The position numbers and the translations under genes are program-made. DNA of 64,000 nucleotides, taken from the NCBI GenBank assembly GCA_965248835.1, contig CBDFLJ010000002.1, positions 1,888,001 through 1,952,000 of the forward strand, read 5' to 3'. Under the pieces are notes generated by a model, which did no database searches, was not told the DNA's origin, and worked only from the letters and a program-made list of their open reading frames with translations. Positions 52,033 to 64,000 of this stretch are shown in pieces. Position 1 is the stretch's first letter; every line of letters begins with the position of its first letter. The DNA is from Alphaproteobacteria bacterium (GTDB taxonomy: Bacteria; Pseudomonadota; Alphaproteobacteria; MPNO01).

Positions 52033-52909
52033 CCACCCGACGGCCGCGGCGCAACTCGAAATGGAGCTGCGGCTGTACCACGTTGCCGGTGCTGCCGACG
52101 CGCGAGATCGCCTGGCCGCGGCGGACTCTGTCGCCGGCGCGCACCAGGAGCTCCTGGTTGTGAGCGTAGGCGCTCATCCAGCCGCCGGAATGCTTGATCA
52201 GGATCAGGTTGCCGAAACCGCGGATCTCGTTGCCCGAATAGGCGACGACGCCGTTCTCGGCCGCCCGCACCTGGGTTCCGCGCTGCGCGAGTATGTTGAT
52301 GCCGTCGTTGTGCAGCCCGGCGCCGCGCGGCCCGAAGCCGATCGAGACCGGGCCGCGGACCGGCCAAAGGAAGAGCTCCGACGAGCGCGCCGACGGCTTT
52401 CCGATCGCGACCGAGGACGGCCGGTTGGCGGCGACCCGAGGATCGGCGGACCCGGGCGGCGCAGGCCTCGCCGCGGCCGGGTCGGCCCGCCCCGGAAGGC
52501 GCAGGCGTTGTCCCGGGCGAATCCGGTAGGGCGGCTCGATCCAGTTCGCCCGTGCCAGACGGCCCATGTCCACGCCATGGCGTTGCGAGACGCCGCGCAA
52601 GGTCTCGCCGCGACCGACCACGTGAACCCGCGCCCTGGGCAAGCGGATACGCTGCCCGGGATAGATCCTGTAGGGCGCCGGGATGCGGTTCAGCGTGATG
52701 AGATCGCGCAGCGGCACGTTGTGGCGTCGCGAGATCCGATAGAGGCTGTCGCCCTTTCGCACGACGACCGTCCCGGTCCGATCGGCGCTCGTCAGCCGCT
52801 TAGGGCCGCCGTCCGGTACCGTGCGCCCGGCGCAACCGGCGACCACCGCGAGTGCCGCGAGTATCGAGATCGACCGGCCGATCGACAAAAGACTCCCGCG
52901 AATCAACAT
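51941..52909 (-). CDS. nlpD: LysM/M23 lipoprotein (NlpD-like)
   Basis: Lipobox VAGC, two LysM domains, HNDGINI, YAH and QLHFELR. Downstream of surE-pcm. Confidence 0.85.
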   Translation of the reverse strand: MLIRGSLLSIGRSISILAALAVVAGCAGRTVPDGGPKRLTSADRTGTVVVRKGDSLYRISRRHNVPLRDLITLNRIPAPYRIYPGQRIRLPRARVHVVGRGETLRGVSQRHGVDMGRLARANWIEPPYRIRPGQRLRLPGRADPAAARPAPPGSADPRVAANRPSSVAIGKPSARSSELFLWPVRGPVSIGFGPRGAGLHNDGINILAQRGTQVRAAENGVVAYSGNEIRGFGNLILIKHSGGWMSAYAHNQELLVRAGDRVRRGQAISRVGSTGNVVQPQLHFELRRGRRVVNPMRYLAPAPQSIGGLDRAFGPAARPGPG

Positions 52910-52965
52910 CTTCCCAAATTACCCACAGGCCGTGCGCGGTTCAATCACATCCTCGATCCGCGATG

Positions 52966-53613
52966 TCAGTTGCCCGCATCGTCCACGGTGTCCGGAAGCA
53001 GGGGCACGAAGCGGACCGGCCAGAGCGTGCTGTAGTCGACCTCCTCGCCCCGCTTGCGGCATTTCAAGAGCTGCTGGTCGTCGTCGGAGTCCCCGACCGG
53101 CAGGATCATGATCCCATCGGGCGCGAGCTGCGCGAGCAGCACCGGGGGAACGTCGGGCGGCGCGGCGGTGACGATGATCCGCTCGAACGGGGCCTGCTCC
53201 GGCCAGCCGCGGGCGCCGTCGTCCCACTTGGTGGTGATGTTGCTGAGCCGCAGTTCGGCGAACCGCGCCTCGGCCTCGCGCAGGAGCGGCCGGCGCCGTT
53301 CGATCGTATAGACGCGCCGGCACAGCTTCGAGAGCACCGCCGCCTGATAGCCCGAGCCGGTGCCGATCTCCAGCACCCTCATGCGCTCGCCGACCTCCAG
53401 CTCCTGCGTCATGTACCCGACCACGGCAGGCTGGGAGATCGTCTGGTCATGGCCGATCGGCAAGGCGTTGTCGTCATAGGCCCGCGCGCGGAAGGCATCG
53501 GGCACGAACACCTCGCGCGGAACGCGCTCGATCGCGCCGAGGACGTCGCGATCGGTCACGGCGTGCCGACGCAGCGACATGATCAGCTTGATCCGGTCCT
53601 CCTCGACGCTCAC
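52966..53613 (-). CDS. pcm: Protein-L-isoaspartate O-methyltransferase
   Basis: QTISQP, VLEIGTGSGY and IIVTAA. In surE-pcm-nlpD order. Confidence 0.95.
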   Translation of the reverse strand: MSVEEDRIKLIMSLRRHAVTDRDVLGAIERVPREVFVPDAFRARAYDDNALPIGHDQTISQPAVVGYMTQELEVGERMRVLEIGTGSGYQAAVLSKLCRRVYTIERRRPLLREAEARFAELRLSNITTKWDDGARGWPEQAPFERIIVTAAPPDVPPVLLAQLAPDGIMILPVGDSDDDQQLLKCRKRGEEVDYSTLWPVRFVPLLPDTVDDAGN

Positions 53614-54377
53614 GGGAAGACCCGGCGCAGCGCCCGCGTGGTCGCGCGGTCGGTGAGATCCATGCACAGCGCCGTCAGCGAGATCCGCCCGGCATTGACC
53701 GCAAACAGGTCCGAGCCGCGATACGAAGGGTCCTCGTCGCGCTCCGTGCCGACCCAGACATACGGGTTGCCGCGCGGATCGACGCCGCGGTTGAGCACGT
53801 CGCCGATCTTGCGCCGCCCCATCCGGGTGACCTCGATGCCCTCGACCTCGCCGTCGGCGCGGTCGGGGAAATTGACGTTCAGCAGCACCCCTTCCGGCCA
53901 GCTATGCGCGACCAGGCGGCGGATGATCGCGCCGCCGTGATTGGCGCTCGGCAGCCAGTGGACCGGATGGCCGTTGCGCCTGACCTGGCTGAGCGCAATC
54001 GCCGGGATCTTGAGCAAGGTCCCCTCCATCGCCGCAGCGACGGTGCCCGAATAGGTGATATCCTCGCCCAGGTTGCCGCCGGCGTTGATCCCCGACAGCA
54101 CGAGGTCCGGGCGACGGTCGGCGATGATCTCGTTGACACCGAGCAGCACGCTGTCGGTCGGCGTTCCGTTGACCGCGAAACGCCGCGCGCTGAGCTTGCG
54201 GACTCGCAGGGGAACCGTCAGGGTGAGCGAATGGCTGGCCGCGCTCTGCTCGGTCTCCGGCGCCACTACCCAGACATCCCTCGACAGAGATTTCGCGATC
54301 TTTTCCAACACCTTGAGCCCGGGCGCGTAGATCCCGTCATCGTTGGTGATCAGAATGCGGGCACGTTTGAGATCCAT
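53610..54377 (-). CDS. surE: 5'/3'-nucleotidase SurE
   Basis: ILITNDDG, GTPTD and YSGTVAAA. Confidence 0.96.
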   Translation of the reverse strand: MDLKRARILITNDDGIYAPGLKVLEKIAKSLSRDVWVVAPETEQSAASHSLTLTVPLRVRKLSARRFAVNGTPTDSVLLGVNEIIADRRPDLVLSGINAGGNLGEDITYSGTVAAAMEGTLLKIPAIALSQVRRNGHPVHWLPSANHGGAIIRRLVAHSWPEGVLLNVNFPDRADGEVEGIEVTRMGRRKIGDVLNRGVDPRGNPYVWVGTERDEDPSYRGSDLFAVNAGRISLTALCMDLTDRATTRALRRVFP

Positions 54378-54380
54378 CCC

Positions 54381-55658
54381 TCAGGCGTCCGGCGCGATCA
54401 CGTCGAGACCACCCAAGTAAGACCGCAGCGCCGCGGGGATGCGCACCGCGCCGTCGGCCTGCTGGCCGTTCTCCAGCACGGCGATCAGCGCGCGCCCGAC
54501 CGCGATCCCCGAGCCGTTGAGCGTATGGACGAAGGCGGTGCTCTTGTGCGCCTGGGGGCGATAGCGTGCGCGCATCCGCCGGGCCTGGAAATCGCCGCAG
54601 TTCGAGCAGCTCGAGATCTCCCGGTAGCCGCCCTGGCCGGGCAGCCAGACCTCGATGTCGTAGGTCTTTTGCGCGGCGAACCCCGTGTCACCGGTCGACA
54701 GCACGACCACACGGTAGGGCAGTTCAAGCCGCTGGAGGACCGTCTCGGCGGCGCTGGTCATTCTGTCGTGCTCTTCGCCGGAGTCCTCGGGCCGGGCGAT
54801 GCTGACCAGCTCGACTTTGGCGAATTGATGCTGGCGCAGCATGCCGCGGGTGTCGCGGCCTGCGGCACCGGCCTCGGAGCGGAAGCACTGGGTGAGCGCG
54901 ACGTAGCGAAGGGGCAGTTCGTCCTCGTCGAGGATCTTATCGGCGACCAGATTGGTCAGCGGCACCTCGGCCGTCGGGATCAGCCAGTGATCGGTCGTCG
55001 TCCGGAACAAATCGTCACCGAATTTGGGCAACTGGCCGGTGCCGATCAGCGCGGTTTCGCGGACCAGCGCCGGCGGGCTCACTTCGGTGTAGCCGAACTC
55101 CTCCCGGTGCAGATCGATCATGAAGCTGCCGAGCGCCCGTTCCAGGCGGGCAAGCGCACCGGTCAGCACGACGAACCGCGATCCCGACAGCTTCGCCGCG
55201 GCGGCGAAATCCATCTGGCGCAGCCCTTCGCCGAGCGCGACGTGGTCCCTTGCCGGGAAATCGAACGCGGGCGGTTCGCCGACATGCCTGAGCACGAGAT
55301 TCGCGGACTCGTCCTCCCCGTCCGGGACATCCTCGGCCGGCAGGTTGGGCAGATCCGACAGCGCCGCCTCGATGCCGGCATCAAGGCCGCGCCCGGCCTC
55401 CTCCAGCACCCGCATGCGGTGCTTCAGGGCAGCAACCTCGGCGACCAGTGCGACCGGGTCCGCGCCGGCCTTTCTGGCCCTGCCGATCTCCTTGGAGGCA
55501 TCGTTGCGCCTGGTCTGCAAGACTTGCAGTTCGGTCTGTGCGCCGCGCCGGTCGGCATCGAGCGCGAGGATCCGATCAGCGGCCGGCGCAACCCCGCGCC
55601 GTTTCAGCCCGAGATCGAACCGGTCGGGGTTCTGCCTGATCCAACGCAGATCGAACAA
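54381..55658 (-). CDS. serS: Serine--tRNA ligase
   Basis: [20 protein letters not shown] and HTLNGSG. Confidence 0.97.
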   Translation of the reverse strand: MFDLRWIRQNPDRFDLGLKRRGVAPAADRILALDADRRGAQTELQVLQTRRNDASKEIGRARKAGADPVALVAEVAALKHRMRVLEEAGRGLDAGIEAALSDLPNLPAEDVPDGEDESANLVLRHVGEPPAFDFPARDHVALGEGLRQMDFAAAAKLSGSRFVVLTGALARLERALGSFMIDLHREEFGYTEVSPPALVRETALIGTGQLPKFGDDLFRTTTDHWLIPTAEVPLTNLVADKILDEDELPLRYVALTQCFRSEAGAAGRDTRGMLRQHQFAKVELVSIARPEDSGEEHDRMTSAAETVLQRLELPYRVVVLSTGDTGFAAQKTYDIEVWLPGQGGYREISSCSNCGDFQARRMRARYRPQAHKSTAFVHTLNGSGIAVGRALIAVLENGQQADGAVRIPAALRSYLGGLDVIAPDA

Positions 55659-55681
55659 CGGAAACTCCGGGGGAAGGACGC

Positions 55682-56491
55682 CTAGGGAGCCGCGTCCTCG
55701 GCCGCCTGGCGCTCGGCGCGCTTACGCTCGATGATCCGCGCACCGATGATGGAGGCTTCGTACAGCAGGATGATCGGCAATGCGAGCCCGATTTGGCTGA
55801 ACACGTCGGGTGGGGTCAGGACGGCAGCGGCAACGAACACACCGACGATCGCATAGCGCCGCTTGGCGGCGAGCCCGTCGGCGGAGACGATGCCCGCGCG
55901 GGCCAACAGCATGAGCACCACCGGCAGTTCGAAGCCGATTCCGAAGGCAAAGATCAGCCGCATCACCAGCGACAGGTACTGATCGACCTTGGGCTCGACC
56001 TCGATAGCCAGATCGCCTGCATCGGCAGGCTTCTGGAAGTCGAGGAAGAATTCCCAGGCCACCGGCATGACGCCGTAATAGACCGTCGCCCCGCCGAGGC
56101 AGAACAGGATCGGCGTGGCGATCAGGAAGGGCAGGAACGCGCGGCGTTCGGTGCGGTACAGGCCGGGCGCGACGAACAGCCAGACCTGCATCGAGAGCAG
56201 CGGGAAAGCAATGAAGGCCGCAGCGAAGAACGCCACCTTGACGTAGGTAAAGAATGCCTCGTGCAGCGCGGTGAAGATCATCCGGCCGTTTTCCTTGGTC
56301 TGCAAGGCATCGGCCAGCGGCTGGACCAGGAAGGCGAAGACGTTCTCGGCCACGAAGAAGCAGGCGAAAAACAGCACGATGAACCCGATGAAGCAGTAGA
56401 TCAGCCGCTTGCGCAGCTCGACCAGATGGTCGAGCAAGGGCATCGTCTTGTCGTCGACCGGATCGTCGTCATCGATCGCGGAGTCGGCCAT
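55682..56491 (-). CDS. tatC: Tat translocase TatC
   Basis: [19 protein letters not shown] and TPPD. Confidence 0.95.
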   Translation of the reverse strand: MADSAIDDDDPVDDKTMPLLDHLVELRKRLIYCFIGFIVLFFACFFVAENVFAFLVQPLADALQTKENGRMIFTALHEAFFTYVKVAFFAAAFIAFPLLSMQVWLFVAPGLYRTERRAFLPFLIATPILFCLGGATVYYGVMPVAWEFFLDFQKPADAGDLAIEVEPKVDQYLSLVMRLIFAFGIGFELPVVLMLLARAGIVSADGLAAKRRYAIVGVFVAAAVLTPPDVFSQIGLALPIILLYEASIIGARIIERKRAERQAAEDAAP

Positions 56492-56493
56492 TC

Positions 56494-56937
56494 TCAGGCG
56501 CCCGGCTTGGCGGGCTCGGCGCCGTCTTCGCCCACCGCAACGCTCTCGGCCGGCTCCTCGATCCGAGAATCTTCCAGGACATCCGGATCGGCAGTTGCGC
56601 TGTCCCCGGCGCCAAGGTCATCGGCGATATCCATGTCGTACGGATCGTACACGCCGCGGATGCTGCCATCGGGATCGATCGAGTTCTCGACATCTTGCCG
56701 GACCGTATCCAGCAACCCGTCGGGGTCGAGGTCGGCCTTGAACTCTTGGGTCACTTTGTCGAGTTCGGTCTCGCGGGCCATGTCCTCGAGCCCGGACTGG
56801 AACTCGCGGGCCATGTCCCTCGCCCGCCGGATCCACATGCTCACGTTGCGGACAAGCGCCGGCAAATCCTTGGGGCCGATCACGATCAGCGCGATCACGA
56901 TTACGATCAGGAATTCCCAGCTGCCGATATCAAGCAT
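56494..56937 (-). CDS. tatB: Tat translocase TatB
   Basis: MLDIGSWE...GPKDLP. Confidence 0.92.
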   Translation of the reverse strand: MLDIGSWEFLIVIVIALIVIGPKDLPALVRNVSMWIRRARDMAREFQSGLEDMARETELDKVTQEFKADLDPDGLLDTVRQDVENSIDPDGSIRGVYDPYDMDIADDLGAGDSATADPDVLEDSRIEEPAESVAVGEDGAEPAKPGA

Positions 56938-57053
56938 CGGCGGGTCCGCCGGGCAATGGGCGGCCGCTCAACGCGGTGGCCGCACCGGATCGGCATCCTT
57001 CATGGAAGAACGACAGGGAAGCTGGCGGAAACATCGGCGTGCGCGCCCATCGT

Positions 57054-57287
57054 CTAGCTCTTTGCGGCTTCGTCGCCTTCCCGCGCCTCGGCCCGGATCT
57101 CCTGCGGCGGCGCTTCGGCCCCGGCCTCGACCTCGCCGCCCTTCTCGGACTCCTTGAGCCCTTTCTTGAAGGCATTGATGCCGCGCGCCGCATCTCCCAT
57201 CAAGCGGGACAGCTTCCCGCCGCCGCCGAACAGGACAAGGACCACGACGAGCACGACGATCCAATGCCAGATGCTGAACGATCCCAT
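57054..57287 (-). CDS. tatA: Tat translocase TatA
   Basis: MGSFSIWHW...LFG...FKKGL. Confidence 0.93.
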   Translation of the reverse strand: MGSFSIWHWIVVLVVVLVLFGGGGKLSRLMGDAARGINAFKKGLKESEKGGEVEAGAEAPPQEIRAEAREGDEAAKS

Positions 57288-57375
57288 GGAGGGTACTCCT
57301 GCTGAATGACCCGGTCATTCTCGTCCGCGGCAATGATGGCAGAAAGCCAAAATGCCCGCAACGCCGCCGGCTCGG

Positions 57376-58475
<1,100 letters not shown>

Positions 58476-58479
<4 letters not shown>

Positions 58480-60185
58480 GCCCGGACCTCGCGCGCATCG
58501 TGCAGGTGGCGGATCGAGCGGCTCAACAGGATGACCGGCAGGATGCCCACCGCGACGATGCCGAGCGCCGGACCGGCGGCGAGCGCGAGCTGCTCGTCGG
58601 AGGCGAGCTGGTGAGCCCGGACCGCCAGGGTGTCGAAATTGAACGGCCGCAGGATCAGCGTCGCCGGCAGCTCCTTCATCACATCGACGAAGACCAGCAG
58701 GCACGCGGTGGCGAGGCTGCCCCACATCAGCGGCAAATGCACCCTCGTGAGCACGCCCAGCGGTTTCTGCCCCAGGCTGCGGGCCGCGGCATCCATGTTC
58801 GGCGTGATCCGCGCGAGCGAACTCTCCACGGTGCCGATCGAGATCGCCATGAAGCGGACCAGATAGGCGAAGACGACGCCCGCCACGGTGCCGGTGAAGA
58901 TCAATCCGGTAGACATCCCCAGCGTCTGGCGCGCCCACAGATCGACCGTGTTGTCGAAGCGCGCGGAGAACAGCAGAATCCCGACCGCGATTACCGAGCC
59001 GGGAACCGCGTAGCCCAAGCCCGCCAGCCGCGCCGAGACGACGATCTCCGGCCGGCCCGTAAGCCGGATGCTGTAGGCGAAGATCATCGCCACGGAGACT
59101 GCGATCAGCGCGGTCAGCGCGGCGAGGAAGAAGCTGTTGAAGGCGAATTCCGCGTAGCGCCAGTCCGACAGCTCAGCCGCGTTATCGGCCGCCCAGATCC
59201 CCAGCGCGACCGACGGCAGCACGAAACCGAACAGGATCGGCAGCGCGCACGCGCTCGAGGCCGCGAGGCCGCGCGCGCCGTCGAGCGTGCGGCTCGGTAG
59301 CTGGTGCATTCGGCGGGTCGTCTGATGGACCCGCCCGCCGCCGCGCGAGAGCCGTTCGACGATCAGGATCACGCAGACGAACAGCATCAGGATTGAGGAA
59401 AGCTGGGCCGCCGCCGCCGGCTCGCCGAGCCCGAACCAGGTGCGGTAGATGCCGGTCGTGAAGGTATCGACGGCGAAGAAATCGACCGTGCCGTAGTCGT
59501 TGAGCGTCTCCATCAGCACCAGCGAGAGGCCAGCGGCGATGCCGGGCCGGGCCATCGGCAGGGACACGGCGGCGAAGGTCCGCCACGGCCCGCGTCCCAG
59601 GGTCCGGCTCACCTCGACCAGACCGGCGGTCTGCTCCAGGAAGGCTGCGCGCGCAAGCATGTAGACGTAGGGATAGAGCGCCAGCGTCAACATGACCACC
59701 GCGCCGGCGAGCGAGCGAATCTCCGGGAACCAGGCGGACACGGTAGCCATCGCGAGGTCGGTCCGCAGCCATTCCTGGATCGGCCCGCCGGCATCGAGCA
59801 GCCCGGTATAGGTGTAGGCCAGCACATAGGCGGGCAAGGCGAAGGGCAGCAGCAGCGCCCATTCGTACACCTTGCGAAAGGGAAACTGCGCCATGGTGAC
59901 CAGCCAGGCGGTGCCCACACCGATGACGAACGTCGCGATCCCGACGCCGAAGATCAGGACCAGCGTGTTGCCGACATAGCGCGGCAGGACCGTGCCGGCC
60001 AGATGCTCCCAGACATCCCCGGCCGGGACGAACACGTAGGCGAGGATGATCAGGACCGGTGTCGCGATGATGCAGGCGAAGACCACCGGCAGGATCGACC
60101 AGACGTCGGCCGCCCGCCGCTTGGCTCGCACTGCACCGGCGAGGCGCGCGAACGCTGGTCCCAGGCTGGCCACGTCTTTCCCCAT
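58476..60185 (-). CDS. Fe3+ ABC transporter permease (FbpB-like)
   Basis: Duplicated permease with YPYVY, METLNDYG and KELPATL.LRPFNFDTLA. Confidence 0.88.
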
Positions 60186-60330
60186 TCACACGGTCGGGCT
60201 GCACGCGCCGCACGGCGTACAGAGCATGCTCCGAACAGGCTGGACAGGTCCCGATCCGGCCCGATGGAAACATGACCAAGCCGTCAGCCCCGCACGCCGG
60301 CTCCCGCGTTCGAAAATCGCGACCGACCGT

Positions 60331-60354
60331 ATTGCAATCCATTCTTAATTGCAA
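60331..60354 (-). promoter_or_regulatory. Putative Fur/Mur-type box upstream of the fbpBC-like genes
   Basis: AT-rich island TTGCAATTAAGAATGGATTGCAAT in a GC-rich context, about 150 bp upstream of an iron permease. Confidence 0.5.
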
Positions 60355-60397
60355 GGTTGGGCCACACCCGAACGCGAACGCCTCGCAGCGCCTCGGC

Positions 60398-61126
60398 TCA
60401 CGGGTGCTGCGGCAGGGCCGTCCCGGTGTCAACGACCGGCCGGGGCGCGATCCCCGGCTCGATCGCCGCCTGGTCGGGTCCGGTCTCGGAGAGCCCGAGC
60501 GGCATCATGGGCGGGGGTTCGGATTCGGGGTCTGCCGTCCCGTTGGCGTGGCTTGCCTGGCGGGTGTTGTCGTCCCGGCGTTCGGGGCCCACCACCGCAC
60601 TCGCCGGTCGCGAGTCGATCAGCCCCGTGGCCTTGAGCTCGTCGAGCCCCGGCAGGTCGGCAAGGCCCGCCAGGCCGAAATGCTCGAGGAACCCCGTCGT
60701 CGTCCCCCATGTGATCGCCCGGCCGGGGCCACTGCGCCGGCCAACCGGGCGAATCCAACCGGCCTCGAGCAGAATGTCGAACGTCCCGCGGCTTGCCGCG
60801 ACGCCGCGGATTTCCTCGACCTCGCTGCGGGTCACCGGCTGGTGATAGGCAACCACGGCCAGCGTCTCGACCGCGGCGCGCGAAGGCTTGCGCGTTACCC
60901 GCCTTTCGAGACGCAGGTGGCTCGCCAGGTCCTCGGCCGTCCGAAAGGTCCAGCCGCCCGCGACACAAGCGAGTTGGATGCCCCGGTCGCGGTAATCGGC
61001 GGCGAGTTCGGCCAATCGCGCCGGGATATCGACGCCTTCGGGCAGCCGCTCAGCCAGGTCCCGCTCCGGGACCGGATTGGCGGAGGCGAACAGGATCGCC
61101 TCGATCAGACGAAGGTCATGATCCAT
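60398..61126 (-). CDS. scpB: SMC-Scp complex subunit ScpB
   Basis: IEAILFA, ETLAVVAYHQPVTR, IRGV and FLEHFGL. Confidence 0.93.
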   Translation of the reverse strand: MDHDLRLIEAILFASANPVPERDLAERLPEGVDIPARLAELAADYRDRGIQLACVAGGWTFRTAEDLASHLRLERRVTRKPSRAAVETLAVVAYHQPVTRSEVEEIRGVAASRGTFDILLEAGWIRPVGRRSGPGRAITWGTTTGFLEHFGLAGLADLPGLDELKATGLIDSRPASAVVGPERRDDNTRQASHANGTADPESEPPPMMPLGLSETGPDQAAIEPGIAPRPVVDTGTALPQHP

Positions 61127-61949
61127 GTATGGACTCCCGAACTGGCGCGGGCGCGAGGTCGCGTCCGCGCACCAAAAGCGGACCGAGATGGCTCGATTGA
61201 CGCAGCTCCAGGCGCCCCGCGCGTGCAAGCTCGAGGCTCGCGGCGAAGGTGGATGCCACCGCCGAGCGGAAGACCACCCCGCCTGCCACTTCCTGAGGCA
61301 GATAGGTCAACAGGCTCTGCCATTCAATCATGCCGCCCAACATTGCGGTCAGGCGGTCCAGCGCATCGCTGATCGAATGGATATCGCTGGGCTCGATCCT
61401 CAGCACCGACTCGCTTCGGCGGCGCCGGTTCTCGCCATAGGCCGACAGCAAGTCGAACAGCGAGACCTCGAAGACCGGCTGCCGGACGACCTCGAACCCT
61501 TCCGGATCGCCGCGCGCGAACACGTCCCGGCCGAGCCGCGGGCGTGCCATAAGCCGGTTGCCGGCATCCTGCATCCCTTCCAGCCGGCGAAGCTGGAAGG
61601 TGAGCGCCTCGGCAAGCTCCGACCCGCTCGGCTCGTCGTCTTCCTCGGCCTCGACCGGCAGCAGCAGCCGCGATTTGAGATAGACCAGCCAGGCCGCCAT
61701 GACCAGATACCCGGCGGCAATCTCCAGGTTGACCCGGCGCGCCTCGACGATGAAGGCGAGGTACTGCTCGGCCAGCCGCAGGATGGAGATCCGTGTCAGA
61801 TCGACTTTCTGCTGGCGCGCCAGCGCCAGGAGAACATCGATCGGGCCCTCATAGCCGTCGAGGTCGAGCACGAAGGCGCCCTGCCCGGCCCCCTCGTCGG
61901 GATATCGTTCGGCCTCTTCCCAGTCGGCGTCGGTCTCGGTAACCGTCAC
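61116..61949 (-). CDS. scpA: Segregation/condensation protein ScpA
   Basis: YEGPIDVLL, YLVMAAWL..KSRLLLP and TFAASLELA. Confidence 0.93.
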   Translation of the reverse strand: MTVTETDADWEEAERYPDEGAGQGAFVLDLDGYEGPIDVLLALARQQKVDLTRISILRLAEQYLAFIVEARRVNLEIAAGYLVMAAWLVYLKSRLLLPVEAEEDDEPSGSELAEALTFQLRRLEGMQDAGNRLMARPRLGRDVFARGDPEGFEVVRQPVFEVSLFDLLSAYGENRRRRSESVLRIEPSDIHSISDALDRLTAMLGGMIEWQSLLTYLPQEVAGGVVFRSAVASTFAASLELARAGRLELRQSSHLGPLLVRGRDLAPAPVRESIHGS

Positions 61950-62620
61950 TTCAGACCCGTCATTCCGGCGACGACGTCCAGCAGGAACGCCACCGGGGTG
62001 CCGATGAGCCACGGGAATACGTTGAGGTCTACCGACAACTCGCGACCCGCCCACGGCAGAACGAACAGGACGCCGATTATAGCCAACAGGCCGAATCGCT
62101 CCATCCTCGATAGCGGCTCGGCGAGTCGCCGCGGAAGCAGCCCCACCGCAACCCGTCCGCCGTCGAGCGGCGGCACGGGGATCATGTTGAATACCGCGAG
62201 AACCAGATTGATCACGATCGAGTGGCGCAGGTTGTCGAGCGTCCAGGTTTGCGCCTCGCCGGGCAGCAGCAGCGCCAGATGAATCAGCGCGGCGGAGACG
62301 AGGGCCAGAACGATGTTGATGACCGGCCCGGCCGCAGCGACCCAGACCATGTCGCGCCTCGGATTCTCAAGCCGGTTGAAATTGACCGGGACCGGCTTCG
62401 CCCAACCGAATACGAACCCTGAGGTCGCGAGCAGGATGCCGGGGACCAGAACCGTCCCCATCGGATCGATATGGCGCAGCGGGTTGAAGGTCACCCGCCC
62501 CATGCGCTTTGCCGTATCATCGCCCAGCCGCCAGGCGATGTAGCCGTGAGCGGCTTCGTGCAGGGTGATCGCGATCAGAACCGGGAACAACCACACCGAA
62601 ACCGAATAGGCGAGATCCAT
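61946..62620 (-). CDS. Site-2 protease (M50)
   Basis: HEAAH, GWAKPVP, AGP and NMIPVPPLDG. Confidence 0.92.
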   Translation of the reverse strand: MDLAYSVSVWLFPVLIAITLHEAAHGYIAWRLGDDTAKRMGRVTFNPLRHIDPMGTVLVPGILLATSGFVFGWAKPVPVNFNRLENPRRDMVWVAAAGPVINIVLALVSAALIHLALLLPGEAQTWTLDNLRHSIVINLVLAVFNMIPVPPLDGGRVAVGLLPRRLAEPLSRMERFGLLAIIGVLFVLPWAGRELSVDLNVFPWLIGTPVAFLLDVVAGMTGLK

Positions 62621-62629
62621 CGGCGCGGC

Positions 62630-63667
62630 CTAGAGGCGGGCCAGGGCGTTGTCCACCGCCCCGGCCAGGGCGCGGGCATCGGCTGCCATGGCATGGCTTG
62701 GCCGCTGCATGCCCGCGGTCAGACGCTCGGACGCCCGCGCGCTCATCGGCAGGACGCCGTCCATCGTTCGACGCATCTGATCCAGCACACCATTGCAGTG
62801 AAGTGCTACGTCGCATCCCGCATGCAAGGCGGCACGCGCGCGATCGGCCGGCGCGCCGGAGAGCGCGGCCATGCACAAATCGTCGGAGATCAGCAGACCG
62901 TCGAAGCCGATCGCACCGCGAATGACGGTCTCGATCACGACCGGCGAGACCGTCGCCGGCCGCTCGGCGTCGTAGGCACGGTAGAGCACATGCGCGGTCA
63001 TCGCCCAGGGTGCGTCGACGAGCGCGCGGAACGGCGCCAGATCGATTTCCTCCAGGCTCCGCGCCGATGCGTCGACCACCGGCAGACCGGCATGGCTGTC
63101 CACCGTGGCCCGGCCGTGGCCGGGCAAATGCTTGACGACCGGCAGGACGCCGCCGGCCAGCAGCCCGTCGCAGACCGCCCGGCCGAGCGCAGCAACGACC
63201 GCCGGGTCGGAGCCGAAGGCGCGATCGCCGATGATATCGTGGCCGCCGGCAGCCGGCACGTCGAGCAAGGGCGCGCAATCGATGGTGATCCCGAGCTCGC
63301 GCAGCTCGCAGGCGATCGAGAGCGCGTTCATTCGCGCGACCTCGACCGCCCGGTCGAGCCCGTCGCAACCGGCCAGCAGCCCGAAGGCGCGTGCCGGCGG
63401 CCGCGCGATCCAATGCGGCGGGCCGAGACGCGCCACCCGGCCGCCTTCCTGGTCGATCAGGACCGGCGCGTCGGGCCGGCCGATCGCCCCGCGCAGCGAC
63501 TCGACCAGGTCCCGGACCTGGCGCGGGTCGCCGCAGTTCCGCTTGAACAGGATGAAGCCGAGCGGATCGGCATCGGCGAAGAAGTCCAGCTCACCGTCGC
63601 TCGCGGTCAGCCCGGCGCAGCCGAAGATGACGGCGGCGGGCTTGGACCGGTCAACGCCCGACGACAA
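62630..63667 (-). CDS. nagZ: Beta-N-acetylhexosaminidase
   Basis: IDQEGGRV, KHLPGHG..DSH and SDDLCM. Confidence 0.94.
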   Translation of the reverse strand: MSSGVDRSKPAAVIFGCAGLTASDGELDFFADADPLGFILFKRNCGDPRQVRDLVESLRGAIGRPDAPVLIDQEGGRVARLGPPHWIARPPARAFGLLAGCDGLDRAVEVARMNALSIACELRELGITIDCAPLLDVPAAGGHDIIGDRAFGSDPAVVAALGRAVCDGLLAGGVLPVVKHLPGHGRATVDSHAGLPVVDASARSLEEIDLAPFRALVDAPWAMTAHVLYRAYDAERPATVSPVVIETVIRGAIGFDGLLISDDLCMAALSGAPADRARAALHAGCDVALHCNGVLDQMRRTMDGVLPMSARASERLTAGMQRPSHAMAADARALAGAVDNALARL

Positions 63668-64000
63668 TACAGCCGACTTTCCTGCTGGTCAGTTCCGAGC
63701 ACAGCTTGCGCGCGCTTGCCCGGTCTTCGAACGGCCCCGCCCGCATCCGGAAATAGACCCCCTTGGAGGGTCCGAGATCGGCGCGCTCGACCGACATGTC
63801 GAGCCCTGACAACAGGTCCCGATGCTTGCCAAGCAGCGCCTTCCAGGCCTCCTCGACCGCCGGCCGCGACCGCAGGGACGCGATCTGGACCCGATAATTC
63901 GCGCCGGTCGAGGTCTTATCGACCTCCTTCGACGGCGCCGCCGGTGGCGCCTTTGCGGGCTCGGCCGGCGCGCTGACTGAGGGCTCGGCGTGGACGATCG
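63651..64000 (-). CDS. SPOR-domain protein, C-terminal part (5'-truncated by the window edge)
   Basis: Manual translation: Pro/Ala linker, then YRVQIASLRS...GVYFRMRAGPF...LC......GCIVVGR*. Upstream of nagZ. Confidence 0.85.
   Translation of the reverse strand, partial: IVHAEPSVSAPAEPAKAPPAAPSKEVDKTSTGANYRVQIASLRSRPAVEEAWKALLGKHRDLLSGLDMSVERADLGPSKGVYFRMRAGPFEDRASARKLCSELTSRKVGCIVVGR

Overview
High-GC (by eye roughly 65-70%) chromosomal segment of an alphaproteobacterium; the Rhodospirillales-like placement is inferred from gene order and protein style. It is mostly housekeeping: cfa-dnaB-alr-mlaEF-radA-cvpA-purF-SDR; yfgM-bamB-der; guaB-GNAT-guaA; ssb-gyrA-coaD-tRNA-Lys; uvrA-chaC-trmFO; and SPOR-nagZ-S2P-scpAB-fbpBC-tatABC-serS-surE-pcm-nlpD followed by yajC-secDF-Mth938. 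A decayed islet of about 4 kb (28431-32473) sits at the 3' end of tRNA-Lys(TTT). It holds IS630, IS3 and IS481 remnants, a phage/ICE-type gene fragment, an Old Yellow Enzyme and a Rieske oxygenase. The main leads are: (1) an Lpp/OprI-like alanine-zipper lipoprotein ending in Lys, convergent with a LysM L,D-transpeptidase, which suggests Braun-type tethering in a class thought to lack Lpp; (2) a signal-peptide-bearing PIMT paralogue with eroded SAM motifs; (3) a degenerate HpnC-like gene plus hpnE, with no hpnD, placed between the NDUFAF3-like and NDUFAF6-like genes; (4) an ssb whose DDEIPF tail is out of frame, while DnaB ends in an SSB-like EDVPF; (5) a type-2 IPP isomerase coupled to a Nudix hydrolase. 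All calls rest on motif recognition only and no searches were run. Start codons chosen inside longer ORFs are best estimates.
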